Positions 38,831 through 48,705 of a DNA stretch of 64,000 nucleotides are shown piece after piece. Numbering within the stretch: the first letter of the stretch is position 1; each line of letters begins with the position of its first letter. The position numbers and the translations under genes were made by a program. The stretch is from the IMG/VR virus record IMGVR_UViG_3300047561_000814, positions 32,001 to 96,000 of that record; one strand, written 5' to 3'. Under the pieces are notes generated by a model, which was not told the origin of the DNA, ran no database searches, and saw only the letters and a program-made list of their open reading frames with translations. The DNA comes from a virus. Taxonomy: Duplodnaviria > Caudoviricetes.

Positions 38831-39711
38831 TGTTGTATCCAATCCATCAAAGATATTTTTGGAGTCCATCCAGTTAAATCTTTAAACTTGGCATTAGATG
38901 CAAGAGTTTCTTGCACCTCACCAATTCTTGACGGTATAAATTTAACATCATTTGAAATGATATTAGCAATATCAAGTATAGAGTAATTACTTCCATACCC
39001 AATGTTATATACTTCACCAAATCCATTTTCAACCTCAGATGCAAGAATGTTTGCTTGTATTACGTCTGATATGTGAGTAAAATCTCTACGCTGAGATCCA
39101 TCTCCAACTACTGTTAGTGGCTTTGATTCATGATATTGTTTTAAAAATAACCCTATTACTGGTGCATACTGTCCTTTTAATGGTTGTCTATCTCCATAAA
39201 CATTAAAATATCTAAGAGATATAGTCTTTAATCCGTAAAGGTTGTAATAAACTCTTGCAAGGTTTTCACCAAAAACTTTAGCAGCAGAGTATGGAGTTAA
39301 TGGATCAGGCGACTGTGTTTCTTGGTTTGGAAGCAAAGCCTTTTTCCCATAGGAAGAAGATGTGCTTGAATAGATTAGCCTATTTACCTTGTTAACCCTA
39401 CAAAGTTCAAGAACATTGGCTGTTCCTACTGCGTTTGATTGAATAGATTTTTTAGGATTTAATATTGCTGGCTGTATTCTTGCATCAGATGCTACGTGAA
39501 ACACGCAGTCAACATCTTTAAAGAGTGGTGCAATTAAGTCATAGTCACAAATATCATACTTATAGTTTTGTGCTTTATCATTCCAATAGAATTGCTCATG
39601 ACATTCTGCAGACTCATCATCAATACAAATAACATTGTGACCAAGACTAATTAACTTATCAACAAGGTTTGATCCAATAAAACCAGCACCACCAGTAACT
39701 AAATATTTCAT
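38827..39711 (-). CDS. NAD-dependent nucleotide-sugar epimerase/dehydratase
   Basis: TGGAGFIG, Y...K, RYFNVYG, RDF. Confidence 0.95.
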   Translation of the reverse strand: MKYLVTGGAGFIGSNLVDKLISLGHNVICIDDESAECHEQFYWNDKAQNYKYDICDYDLIAPLFKDVDCVFHVASDARIQPAILNPKKSIQSNAVGTANVLELCRVNKVNRLIYSSTSSSYGKKALLPNQETQSPDPLTPYSAAKVFGENLARVYYNLYGLKTISLRYFNVYGDRQPLKGQYAPVIGLFLKQYHESKPLTVVGDGSQRRDFTHISDVIQANILASEVENGFGEVYNIGYGSNYSILDIANIISNDVKFIPSRIGEVQETLASNAKFKDLTGWTPKISLMDWIQQ

Positions 39712-40667
39712 TTTATATTTAAGGTTTCTAATATGCTTGCCCATCTATGAACATAGGTGTGTTCTTGTTTAGTTCTTTCATGACCATTAAATCTAATTTG
39801 CTCCCGTTCAAGATTAACATTAAGATAGTGATCTATCTTATTTTTTAGATCTTCAAGATTACCGTGTTCATAGAATACAATATCATTACCATCTTCAAAG
39901 TATTCTTCAAGTCCTGTAATGCGAGGGTAAATAGTAAAACCACCACGACCAGTACTCTCAAACAACCTATCACTAGTATAGTAAGGATAGTTAAAGTTAA
40001 TGTTTAAACTATCACCTATTGCTATCTTGCTTTTTGCATAGATACGATTAAGCGCTTCTCCACGTACAGTTCCAGTGTCACCATCTCCACCAACATGTAG
40101 GAATCTTTTACCGTATGTGTTTCTTAAAAAGTCTATTAATTCTGGACGGTATTTATGTTCATGATGATAACCTTTACTACCAACAAAGATTATGTCATGC
40201 TCAAAGTTGTCTGGATCATAATCTTGATGTAGATAACACTCTTTATCATATACACCAGCAGGTAAGAAGTGTCCTCTAACTTCTGTATTTTCATTAAACC
40301 AATCACACATTAACTTATCTGTAGCAAAAAAGTGACCTATACTCGTGTAGAAATCATCATTCTTTAAATCTTTTTCACGCTCAATTCCAAACCACAAATC
40401 CAAGTGATAAGTCATAGTTGGTATGCCAGCAGACTTTAATTCTTTTAGTACATCAGTCATAGATCTAGATCCTGGAGTCTGCCATCTATGTGTGTGTACC
40501 CAGATGAATAGATCAGAGTTTAATGATTTGTTTAATATTTCTGTGCTACCTGCTTTTTTTTCTTGCAGTTTTTGCACGGTATGCCCAAGAGATTCCAAAG
40601 ACTTAGCATGATGATTCTCACTACTATAAGGCACTTCAAAGTTGCCAAGAAAAACTATGTTAGCCAT
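39708..40667 (-). CDS. CgeB-like glycosyltransferase
   Basis: F.GS, SDRLFE..G.GGF, HTY.HR. Confidence 0.8.
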   Translation of the reverse strand: MANIVFLGNFEVPYSSENHHAKSLESLGHTVQKLQEKKAGSTEILNKSLNSDLFIWVHTHRWQTPGSRSMTDVLKELKSAGIPTMTYHLDLWFGIEREKDLKNDDFYTSIGHFFATDKLMCDWFNENTEVRGHFLPAGVYDKECYLHQDYDPDNFEHDIIFVGSKGYHHEHKYRPELIDFLRNTYGKRFLHVGGDGDTGTVRGEALNRIYAKSKIAIGDSLNINFNYPYYTSDRLFESTGRGGFTIYPRITGLEEYFEDGNDIVFYEHGNLEDLKNKIDHYLNVNLEREQIRFNGHERTKQEHTYVHRWASILETLNIK

Positions 40668-40881
40668 TTATTTGTTCGTTTTCCCCTCTAGCAATAGCAG
40701 CAGATGCCTCAAAGGCTTTTTGTGTTCTACGAGATTTCAATAAACCTTTTGACTTCCAAAGTGGGATGGTTGCTTCAATGTCTTTGGCTATCTGTTCTCT
40801 TATTTCTTTAACAGTAAAAACAACAAAGTTCCAGACATCTTCTTTTTGTTTGTCGTTAAGTTCTTCAGTCCAGTTAGTCAT
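40660..40881 (-). CDS. hypothetical protein
   Basis: GAGG RBS; REQIA.DIE...A.IARG. Confidence 0.55.
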   Translation of the reverse strand: MTNWTEELNDKQKEDVWNFVVFTVKEIREQIAKDIEATIPLWKSKGLLKSRRTQKAFEASAAIARGENEQING

Positions 40882-40996
40882 CTTCTTCCTCAAATTCTCT
40901 TAAAGCATTGACATTTTTAAGACAGTTGTAACAATCTTTATTTATTAGTCTTTCCCCACAATATTCACAGAACATATGTATATCATATCATGCGTG

Positions 40997-41067
40997 TAGG
41001 ACTGGAAGGTAACGCTCCTTCTTCTCAGGATTAAAAGTCCTGAGCATCACTTTAATGCTTCAATCCC
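40997..41067 (-). tRNA. tRNA-Lys(TTT), atypical D- and T-loops
   Basis: GGGATTG/CAGTCCT acceptor, CAGGA-CTTTTAA-TCCTG, T-stem GAAGG/CCTTC with AGCGTTA loop. Confidence 0.75.
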
Positions 41068-41071
41068 ATAG

Positions 41072-41144
41072 TACCCACAGTTGGATTTGAACCAACGCTT
41101 TGTGAATTTTAAGTCCACTGCCTCTACCGCTGGGCTATATGGGT
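41072..41144 (-). tRNA. tRNA-Leu(TAA), short variable loop
   Basis: ACCCATA/TGTGGGT, loop CTTAAAA, GTTCAAA. Confidence 0.88.
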
Positions 41145-41147
41145 TTG

Positions 41148-41220
41148 CTGGTCTGGTAGGACTCGGACCTACGACTTGCGAATTAACAGTTCGCCACTCT
41201 ACCAACTGAGTTACAGACCA
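41148..41220 (-). tRNA. tRNA-Asn(GTT)
   Basis: TGGTCTG/CAGACCA, GCGAA-CTGTTAA-TTCGC. Confidence 0.92.
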
Positions 41221-41224
41221 AGAG

Positions 41225-41298
41225 TACACTAGGTAGGACTTGAACCTACGATATCCGAATTATGAGTTCGGGGCCTTAACCAACTTGGCTACTAGTGT
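41225..41298 (-). tRNA. tRNA-CAT (elongator Met or Ile2)
   Basis: ACACTAG/CTAGTGT, CCGAA-CTCATAA-TTCGG. Confidence 0.9.
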
Positions 41299-41325
41299 CT
41301 GCTGTGGTTTTTATACCTTTATGTA

Positions 41326-41724
41326 TTATTTTTCTATAGACTTACACAGTTTATCAAAATTGGTAACTGAAGAAATTTTTAAATTCATTGCAACAGTAAT
41401 TGTTTCAAAATTTTTATCAGTTATTGCAATTTTTGTATTTTTTTCTGCTGTAATCCAAGAGGCAATAGTTGTTTTAATTTTACCAGTTGTCGTTTTTTGT
41501 TTTGCAGTAAGCATTTTTATATTTAAATCTATTTCTTTTAACACATCTTGATCACTTGCTAAACCATTAGCCCAACTAGCAATCACCTTTGACTCATAAC
41601 TTGTTTTAATAGTTTTACATGAAGATTTATTGCCTTTGGTATTTAATGATGTTATTGCAGCCTGTGCAGGTGCGTTTGAGATTAATAATGCAATTAATAA
41701 AGAAGTTGTAATTATTTTTTTCAT
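41326..41724 (-). CDS. exported hypothetical protein
   Basis: Signal peptide ending AQA; leaderless start. Confidence 0.6.
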   Translation of the reverse strand: MKKIITTSLLIALLISNAPAQAAITSLNTKGNKSSCKTIKTSYESKVIASWANGLASDQDVLKEIDLNIKMLTAKQKTTTGKIKTTIASWITAEKNTKIAITDKNFETITVAMNLKISSVTNFDKLCKSIEK

Positions 41725-41738
41725 ATTATAAGTTTATC

Positions 41739-41930
41739 CTATTCAGATTGTTTTGTAAAGTTCTGACTATCTTTAATAACTGGATCAAGTCTATTCCAAT
41801 GACCTGCAGAACTTCCTTGATATATTTCTCCAGTTTGCCTATCTATAAGCAACCATTTATCTGGGCATTTAGTATGAACGACTAAATCAACAGGTTTGTT
41901 AAATTCTTCAAACTCTTTTATTTTTTTCAT
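41739..41930 (-). CDS. hypothetical protein
   Basis: TKCP.KW...D..TGE.Y. Confidence 0.55.
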   Translation of the reverse strand: MKKIKEFEEFNKPVDLVVHTKCPDKWLLIDRQTGEIYQGSSAGHWNRLDPVIKDSQNFTKQSE

Positions 41931-42092
41931 TTATGCTCTTTCATGTGATTGTATAAAGTTTCATACGCCATTGCTGATCTTACCTGTATTTCTTCACTAC
42001 ATATCTCACAAATAACAACCCTGTTGGCCGACATATATACCAAGTATATCAAAATTTGAGCAGTATGTCAAGATAGGGTATAATAGAGTAAT

Positions 42093-42431
42093 ATGAGATT
42101 TAAACTTAAAGGTATAATCTGGGGACAATCTGCATTAATCGTAATACTTCTTTTGTCTTTGCTTTTTGTAGGGGGAGATTTAAAACAGGCTCGTAAAATG
42201 ACTCTTGACCAAAGCAATTATTGTATAAAATATACCAGTGATATTATTGCAAGCAGCCGTCTTGATTTGATAAGAGAACAAGATGACCATGCAAGAACGG
42301 TAGACAAAGCAAACTCCGTAATAGATGACATTGTTAATAGATATAACTCACTTGTGGCACGGTATAACAAAACCACTAATGGAACCAACTACGACCCACT
42401 TAACACATACTCATATAGGATAAGACCTTGA
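42093..42431 (+). CDS. membrane-anchored coiled-coil protein
   Basis: N-terminal TM, own TATAAT promoter. Confidence 0.5.
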   Translation: MRFKLKGIIWGQSALIVILLLSLLFVGGDLKQARKMTLDQSNYCIKYTSDIIASSRLDLIREQDDHARTVDKANSVIDDIVNRYNSLVARYNKTTNGTNYDPLNTYSYRIRP

Positions 42432-42432
42432 C

Positions 42433-42615
42433 ATGTGTCCGCATTGCAATAATAAATTAATCCCACTATTATATGGTTTTGTAGATCCTGAATATGTGGA
42501 TATGCATAAACAAGGTTTGGTATTCTTGGTATCAACTACCTATCATACAAAAAATAGTCCTACTTCATATTGTAAAAAATGTGAAAAAAGTTTTGATATC
42601 AAAGTAAAATATTAA
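42433..42615 (+). CDS. small Zn-ribbon protein
   Basis: CPHC...YG...CKKC. Confidence 0.55.
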   Translation: MCPHCNNKLIPLLYGFVDPEYVDMHKQGLVFLVSTTYHTKNSPTSYCKKCEKSFDIKVKY

Positions 42616-42617
42616 TC

Positions 42618-43337
42618 TTAATTACTTTGTTTTTTTATTTTACCCTCTTCCAAAGAAGACCAATACAAATTATAATAATTTATATCGTAAGCAAATCTTT
42701 TCATATGTGGGACATAGGCGCCAGAATGAACGTGTAACTTTATTCCAGCCTTTTTTAAATTTCTAAAAAATGCAATATCTTCACCAACAAAACTTTCTGT
42801 ATTGTGAGCCTTTTCCGCAAATAAAGAATAGTCAGGAGAAATTTTTCTTAATGGATCAATTATTGATTTATGCATTAAAACAAACCCAAAGCCTGCGTAA
42901 TCAACAACAATGACTTTATCGTTTGGAATATCGTTTACAACTTGAATTAAAAATTCATCTTCTGTTTCATTAAAAATAACTGGCATAGGTTCCATTAATG
43001 AATGTTCGCTTTGTTTAGATATAAAATATAATCCAGATATTACTGGAACAGAGACTTTATCTGCAGAATTCCATAATTTTTTAAAAATTTCTGGCGCTAT
43101 AACTATATCGGAATCAACCCATAGAACCCAATCAGACTTTATTGTATCTGCCCAAACATCAAAAGCAACCTGTCTTTGTCTTGCAATTTGATTTCCATGG
43201 ACTCTTAAACTAGAAACATTTTTAATTCCAACTGATTCCATTGCTAAGATAGTTTTTATAACTCCATCCATAAATAATCCGTCAACACTACCATTGTCAC
43301 ACCAAACTATTGTTAAAGATTCATCTTTAGCATGCAT
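42618..43337 (-). CDS. GT2-like glycosyltransferase
   Basis: WVDSD, G.GF.L, GED..F. Confidence 0.8.
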   Translation of the reverse strand: MHAKDESLTIVWCDNGSVDGLFMDGVIKTILAMESVGIKNVSSLRVHGNQIARQRQVAFDVWADTIKSDWVLWVDSDIVIAPEIFKKLWNSADKVSVPVISGLYFISKQSEHSLMEPMPVIFNETEDEFLIQVVNDIPNDKVIVVDYAGFGFVLMHKSIIDPLRKISPDYSLFAEKAHNTESFVGEDIAFFRNLKKAGIKLHVHSGAYVPHMKRFAYDINYYNLYWSSLEEGKIKKQSN

Positions 43338-43436
43338 AATTATTTAAACCCCATTTTCTATCATAGAATAATTATACCAAATTTAGGAGAAAAAAGCAAA
43401 GCGCAAAATATAAATTTCAAGTTTGGCGACGGTAAG

Positions 43437-43485
43437 AGATATTAAACCTTCCCATGCCCTAAGAGGGCACTAGTGGTTAGTATCT
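43437..43485. repeat. nested hairpin repeat, copy 1 (copy 2 at 45174-45218)
   Basis: AAACCTTCCYATGCCCTAAGAGGGCAMTAGYGGTTARTATC in both copies. Confidence 0.75.
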
Positions 43486-43594
43486 TCTATCTTTGCCAAT
43501 ATAGACAATGATATTTTTTCTCGTTCTTGCGGGGATAATTGAATACCTGTATCTATCTCTGTCATTGAAATGGCTAGATCAACTAAATCTTTAC

Positions 43595-43819
43595 TCATAG
43601 ATTTTCTTTCCAATCCACCTCATAGTATGTGCCCCATCGTTCATAAGGCTTATTAAGATAATACCAAACCTTGCTATGGAATTTAAAACGGTATCCAAGA
43701 TTGCCTTGTTCCTGTAACTCAATGGCTTTAACTAAACTACTAGTAGCAGGATAACTTAATTGGTTTGCAATCCACCTCAGCGGAAGTATCTTCGTCTTTT
43801 GATGTTTCTGGAACTCCAT
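43595..43819 (-). CDS. hypothetical protein
   Basis: 74-aa ORF. Confidence 0.5.
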   Translation of the reverse strand: MEFQKHQKTKILPLRWIANQLSYPATSSLVKAIELQEQGNLGYRFKFHSKVWYYLNKPYERWGTYYEVDWKENL

Positions 43820-44204
43820 TTTTAGGTATCCACACTTTCTTTCCGTCTTTGTATACAGGCCAATATCCTGCTGATCGCCAATCCATTCTCATAATCTTTG
43901 GCTCTTTAATTTTGGTCAACCTTGTATGTCATTGCAAAATAGCAAGCCAAATATCCTACAAAAAATGCGGGAATAAGAAATAAAACATTAATCATTTGTA
44001 ACCTCCTTTATTATATAAGTATAACAAATTTTGGCGGGGAAGTCAAAGAACACCGTAATCCCCCTAGTATAAGACTACTGAGAACACATAAGGCAAGTAA
44101 AGGATTTACCAGAGGCTGATATAAAGATTTTTTGGCATTTACTACATTTAATCTTATATGTATCAAAGTCTAAAGAGTTTTCAAAGTTATCTAGTGTTCC
44201 CATA

Positions 44205-44534
44205 TTAATGAAAACTATCCCCACAGGCGCATGAGCCTTGTGCATTAGGATTATCTATTGTAAAACCTTGCTTTTCTATAGTGTCTACAAAATCTAAGTT
44301 TGACCCTTGTAGGTATGGATCTGACATTCTATCCAATCTAAGATCAAAGCCTTCAAACTTATAGATTACATCGCCTTCTTTTTCTTCATAATCAAAATAG
44401 GTTTGATATCTAAGTCCTGAACATCCTCCAGGAGAAACCGACACTCTTAAAAATTGTGGTCGTCCAGGAGTTGAAATTTGAGACTCTGTAATTAGTTCGG
44501 CAACTTTTTTAATTGCATCTTTAGTTAGTATCAT
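44205..44534 (-). CDS. HesB/IscA/ErpA A-type Fe-S carrier
   Basis: GGCSG, NPNA..SCACG.SF. Confidence 0.95.
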   Translation of the reverse strand: MILTKDAIKKVAELITESQISTPGRPQFLRVSVSPGGCSGLRYQTYFDYEEKEGDVIYKFEGFDLRLDRMSDPYLQGSNLDFVDTIEKQGFTIDNPNAQGSCACGDSFH

Positions 44535-44750
44535 TAAAGTTTAGAAACAATGTTGGATGCCATCTTAAGGCCCTTGACTACACCATCATGATAGTCTTGA
44601 TTCTTCATTACTTTAGCAGTATCCCAAATGCGATAAGAGGCTTTGTCTAATATCTCTGCTATTTCTTTTTTTAGCATTATGTCGTCTAGGCTCATACATC
44701 CATCATACCAAATTTTGGCAGTAAAGTCAAGGCAAAAAATATAATCAATC

Positions 44751-45131
44751 TTATGGCCTAGAAAATGCTGACCAAAATTTTTTCATGTCCGTAATAGTAG
44801 CAGGATCTTTTGTTGGTATCCCTGCTCTAGAATATGCTGCTCTCATTGTTGCATTATTATCAATTGCCAAATTAACTTGAGATCGCAATTTCATGCCAAC
44901 TTCATATTTATATTTAGCGGTATCTGCAGAAGACCCTGGATTCATAATAAGTTTAGAATACTTAACTCCTGCTGTTCTTAATGCTGCCACAGTTTCTTTA
45001 CGTTCTGACACATTTCTGCCTGTTACAATAATCAAAGACCCTGGCAAAGCGTTTACATAATCAATAACTCGGCGGATAGGTTGAGTTCCGTTTCGCAGTA
45101 AGGTATCGTCAATATCAACTATGGTGGCCAT
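44751..45131 (-). CDS. HAD-family phosphatase (PNKP-phosphatase-like)
   Basis: DIDDT, TGR, K, IDN. Confidence 0.8.
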   Translation of the reverse strand: MATIVDIDDTLLRNGTQPIRRVIDYVNALPGSLIIVTGRNVSERKETVAALRTAGVKYSKLIMNPGSSADTAKYKYEVGMKLRSQVNLAIDNNATMRAAYSRAGIPTKDPATITDMKKFWSAFSRP

Positions 45132-45173
45132 TTGTTAATTATAGCATTTATTAAATTCGGCGCAAAATAGAAC

Positions 45174-45218
45174 TATCAAACCTTCCTATGCCCTAAGAGG
45201 GCAATAGCGGTTAATATC
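45174..45218. repeat. nested hairpin repeat, copy 2
   Basis: Near-identical to 43437-43485. Confidence 0.75.
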
Positions 45219-45416
45219 ATAATTTCGGCGGGTATACAAAGGATGCCGTATTACCCCTAGTGTAATAACAAACCATATATCCCAGACAGCCAGATATCCA
45301 CCATATCCCAGATATAAAGGTTTGACCATGTGTCCAATTACGCTGGTTTGATATAGACAATATAGAGCCAGGATGATGGTTTGAATGTGTGTGTAGTTAT
45401 ATTATTTTATAGAGAT

Positions 45417-45851
45417 TTATTTTATTGAAACAGATAGCATCCAGTGCCATCTTTGGTGCATGCTGATACGATCTGCAAAAAAGTTTGCAAGTCCTTGTTG
45501 TCTTTGAGCAGTTGCAATATCAAATGCATTCGTAAGTTTTATTGTAACCATATCGTTTGCCATTAAAAGATCTTTTGACATTACTATTGGATCAGATGTA
45601 ACTTCTGGTTCTCCAATTTCATTTAACTCTATAAATCTAGATAATTTAAATGGTGCGTATGTATCTAATTTTCTAAGCCATTCAGCATATGTATCTGTTG
45701 CTTGTTCGTAGTCTGCATAAATATCTCCAAAAAGTTCATGATATTGAGAAAATTCAATGCCTTCTACATTCCAATGATACCCATGAGACTTTAGTTTAAG
45801 GGTAATATTATCTGCAAGCAGAATCTTAATTAAATTTATTAATTCTTCCAT
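45417..45851 (-). CDS. dps: Dps/ferritin-like DNA-protection protein
   Basis: HWNV.G..F...HE.F, D..AE, WML. Confidence 0.92.
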   Translation of the reverse strand: MEELINLIKILLADNITLKLKSHGYHWNVEGIEFSQYHELFGDIYADYEQATDTYAEWLRKLDTYAPFKLSRFIELNEIGEPEVTSDPIVMSKDLLMANDMVTIKLTNAFDIATAQRQQGLANFFADRISMHQRWHWMLSVSIK

Positions 45852-45966
45852 AAAAACAGTATATCACTTAGTTTGATTTTTTTAGGATAATTGGGATATG
45901 AACAATCTGGAGCCAGGGCGATGGTTTTAATATGGCCTAGCCGTATCTTATGGATACCCTGAGATT

Positions 45967-46722
45967 TTATGGTTTTTGATGATCCTTAAACTTATTTCCA
46001 TAGACATCCTTACCCTGCATATAATGCTTTCCAACACCATCTTTTAAAGTTGGCTCTACTTCGGCTCTATGATTACTAGCATCATGGTCTGCTTTAAGTT
46101 CTTCGTCTACTATTTCTTTGCTAAATATATTTTCAGCAAAATCAAGATTAAATTCATCACAATAGTACCTAGGAATTGGCATAAATGCAGCCAAAGGATA
46201 CCCAGCAGGAATAGTTACCTTTATGTTAGGCATCTGCACTTTTAAGTTAAAGGTAAAATTTTTTCTAAGATTGTCTGTTTCTATAACCCCAGTCATAACT
46301 GTTACGTTTGGGATTACATAATTAGGTGGATTCATTGTTATTAGGTTAACCCCTGGAGGAGTCCTAAAGAAATATGGAGGATTTATGGTTAAAATACCAC
46401 TGCCAAAATGACTATCTACGTTTGGGTAATAGTTTATATTGTCTACTTTTTCGTTTACATAGGTCCGTATACTAGTCTTATCATTCCCACCATCCCACTC
46501 AAAAGCAATGTCATATTCTAAAGATATCGTAAAGCCATACTGATTTCCAATAGTTAAAGGTAAACATCTATAAAAATGTGGAGTAAACCAATCTCTTTTT
46601 TTATTAGGTTTTTTTATCATATTGAGAATTCTATCCTGTGTTAGATTTTTATTCTCGTTGTTAGGAGCAATAAATACCGCTATGGTTTTATCTGGAACAT
46701 TATTTATTCCATCATTTATCAT
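45967..46722 (-). CDS. DUF6065-like protein (paralog of 753..1439)
   Basis: YRCLPL..GNQYG, TPPG, GVIETD, G.PLA..PIPR. Confidence 0.7.
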   Translation of the reverse strand: MINDGINNVPDKTIAVFIAPNNENKNLTQDRILNMIKKPNKKRDWFTPHFYRCLPLTIGNQYGFTISLEYDIAFEWDGGNDKTSIRTYVNEKVDNINYYPNVDSHFGSGILTINPPYFFRTPPGVNLITMNPPNYVIPNVTVMTGVIETDNLRKNFTFNLKVQMPNIKVTIPAGYPLAAFMPIPRYYCDEFNLDFAENIFSKEIVDEELKADHDASNHRAEVEPTLKDGVGKHYMQGKDVYGNKFKDHQKP

Positions 46723-47405
46723 TAAATTTCCTTATCTTTAAATATAGGATGTAAACACTAAGTATATCATCTACAAATAACCCAGTAAACACAATATAAA
46801 TCTTACTGATATTTTTTATATTTGGTCTAGGTGGAGGAAAGTGGAGGATAGTGGGTGATTGAGCGTTTTTATAGATGGCGTCGTAATCCTCTGGCGGCCA
46901 AACCTCCCATCCCCAAACCTCCAAACCTTTCTATCCCCATATCTGGCATGCATTATATACCCAAAGCAATGGTTTGTCAACTCTAAAACCCCTATAAAAA
47001 CATAACAAAAAAGTTATAAAATCTTTTAAAACACCAGGAAAAAATCTAGAAAGGTTTGATAACTATAGGGAAAGTTTTGATTAGTTGTGGATTTAAATCC
47101 CCGCTTCGTAATGTCTAACAATACTATTACTCAGCGCCCCGCAGGGACGCAAAAACGGCGGGGATAAAAAGATACACCCATATCACTAGTATAAGATACA
47201 TACATACTCTGGATATAAGGTTTGAGATATAGAGGTTTGATGGTTTGAGATAGAAAGGTTTGAAGGTTTGGCATGAATCTGGAAAATATTCTATGCTACG
47301 TAATCTCCCACGATCTGGGATTTTTTTGAAAGGGTTCTTAATGTCTTTCAGGAAAAAAGGATGTCCTATTTGTGGTGGTTTGATATACTTGACCCGAGTG
47401 CAGGG

Positions 47406-47672
47406 CTATGCCTGGTCGCCAAGCAACTCATCAAGACTTCCCCATTCTCTATCCTCAACACCAAGAGAAGCAATAAATAGATTATAGGTTTCATCTATAT
47501 ACACAGCAGATTGCAGAGTTGGCAAAACAATTTCGTTCATTAAAAAATAAGCAAGTGGCAAACCTAGATCGTTATACTCTACAAAATCTTGCAAGTCCTC
47601 ATCATCACGATAGTTCATCCACAACTCAGCAAGAATACTTATCTTGTTGTCAAAGGTATTACCTTGTGTCAT
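47406..47672 (-). CDS. hypothetical protein
   Basis: YNDLGLPLAY; coupled to the upstream ORF. Confidence 0.55.
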   Translation of the reverse strand: MTQGNTFDNKISILAELWMNYRDDEDLQDFVEYNDLGLPLAYFLMNEIVLPTLQSAVYIDETYNLFIASLGVEDREWGSLDELLGDQA

Positions 47673-47892
47673 GATAAACCCCTCTATCTAATTGGTCAAC
47701 CTCTTTATTATACTGCATGGCTTCTAATATTTCATTAGTCCTTGAATAAATAATGTGTGGAGATATTTTTGCCAAGTAAAATCCTATGGCTTCTAAGTCA
47801 AGGTTCAAGTCAGAAAGCAGAGTAATAATCCTGCTAGCAACCTTTTCCTCTTTACTTATTCCCAGCCTAATAGAATTACGCATAAAACCCAT
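47659..47892 (-). CDS. hypothetical protein
   Basis: GGAG RBS. Confidence 0.55.
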   Translation of the reverse strand: MGFMRNSIRLGISKEEKVASRIITLLSDLNLDLEAIGFYLAKISPHIIYSRTNEILEAMQYNKEVDQLDRGVYHDTR

Positions 47893-47984
47893 TTCTCCAT
47901 TGTATCAAAAAGTGTGGGAAAGCACAAGCCCACCACAAACCTGTGCCTTCCCCTATCTCTAGCGAGAGGTGACCCTACCTCCGC

Positions 47985-48356
47985 TTATGAAGCCCCCACA
48001 GTGGAAAGGACACTGCTGGGCAAATTATAACTAATAAAACTATCAATGTCTTTGTGGTCTACACCATCATGACTAATAGTATTATCTGTAAGGTCAATTA
48101 ATATTGGATGGTCCGCAAAACCTAGGTCATTAGGATTGCATGCATATATACCAAACCCTGTTTCATCCAAGATAGAGTCTTGAATCAAGTAACTGATAGC
48201 CATGCGGACGTAGTATTCATTGTCTCCGCTGCGTGGCTTAGCATGCTGCAGGGCCTGCGCTAGGTCTGAATACATACCGTCTTCACCCCAATGGCTATAC
48301 AGCGCTACGGCTAGGTCCTCTGATTGTTTAAATACAAATGTACAACGTGCTCCCAT
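47985..48356 (-). CDS. hypothetical protein
   Basis: MGAR...LYSHW motif. Confidence 0.6.
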   Translation of the reverse strand: MGARCTFVFKQSEDLAVALYSHWGEDGMYSDLAQALQHAKPRSGDNEYYVRMAISYLIQDSILDETGFGIYACNPNDLGFADHPILIDLTDNTISHDGVDHKDIDSFISYNLPSSVLSTVGAS

Positions 48357-48513
48357 TACTCTTCCTCATTCTTTTCTATTAGGTTAGGTACGATGGATAA
48401 TTGGTTTGCTACTTCGTTAAAAATAAACTCTTCATCTTCAGTATCAGTCTCATACACAAAGTTCATGTAATCACCTGTTGGTTCAAAGATTACTTCAATT
48501 TCCCATTTAGCCA

Positions 48514-48705
48514 TTATAAGGTCTCCTCTGATTTTATTGATTCAACTAAGTCCCACGCAATTCCTAAACCATCTGAACCTGTTGCGGCAAAATTATCTAG
48601 GAATTCACTTTCGGCAATGTTTCTAGCGTCAATCTCATCTTGTGCGTCTTCAATACGAACAGACTTGGTGATTTGTCCTATAACTTTAATATCATAGGTT
48701 GGCAT
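48514..48705 (-). CDS. small acidic protein (DpnD/PcfM-like)
   Basis: MP.YD.KV...V.IE...E..A...AE; paralog of 49545. Confidence 0.5.
   Translation of the reverse strand: MPTYDIKVIGQITKSVRIEDAQDEIDARNIAESEFLDNFAATGSDGLGIAWDLVESIKSEETL

Noticed and set aside
41072-41144. tRNA-Leu(TAA) lacking a long variable arm as a novelty
   Set aside because: From recall, short-arm Leu(TAA) tRNAs occur in Actinobacteria such as mycobacteria; used only as a host clue
45905-45950. GGCGATGG as a fluoride riboswitch
   Set aside because: No complementary TCGCC stem or downstream conserved core
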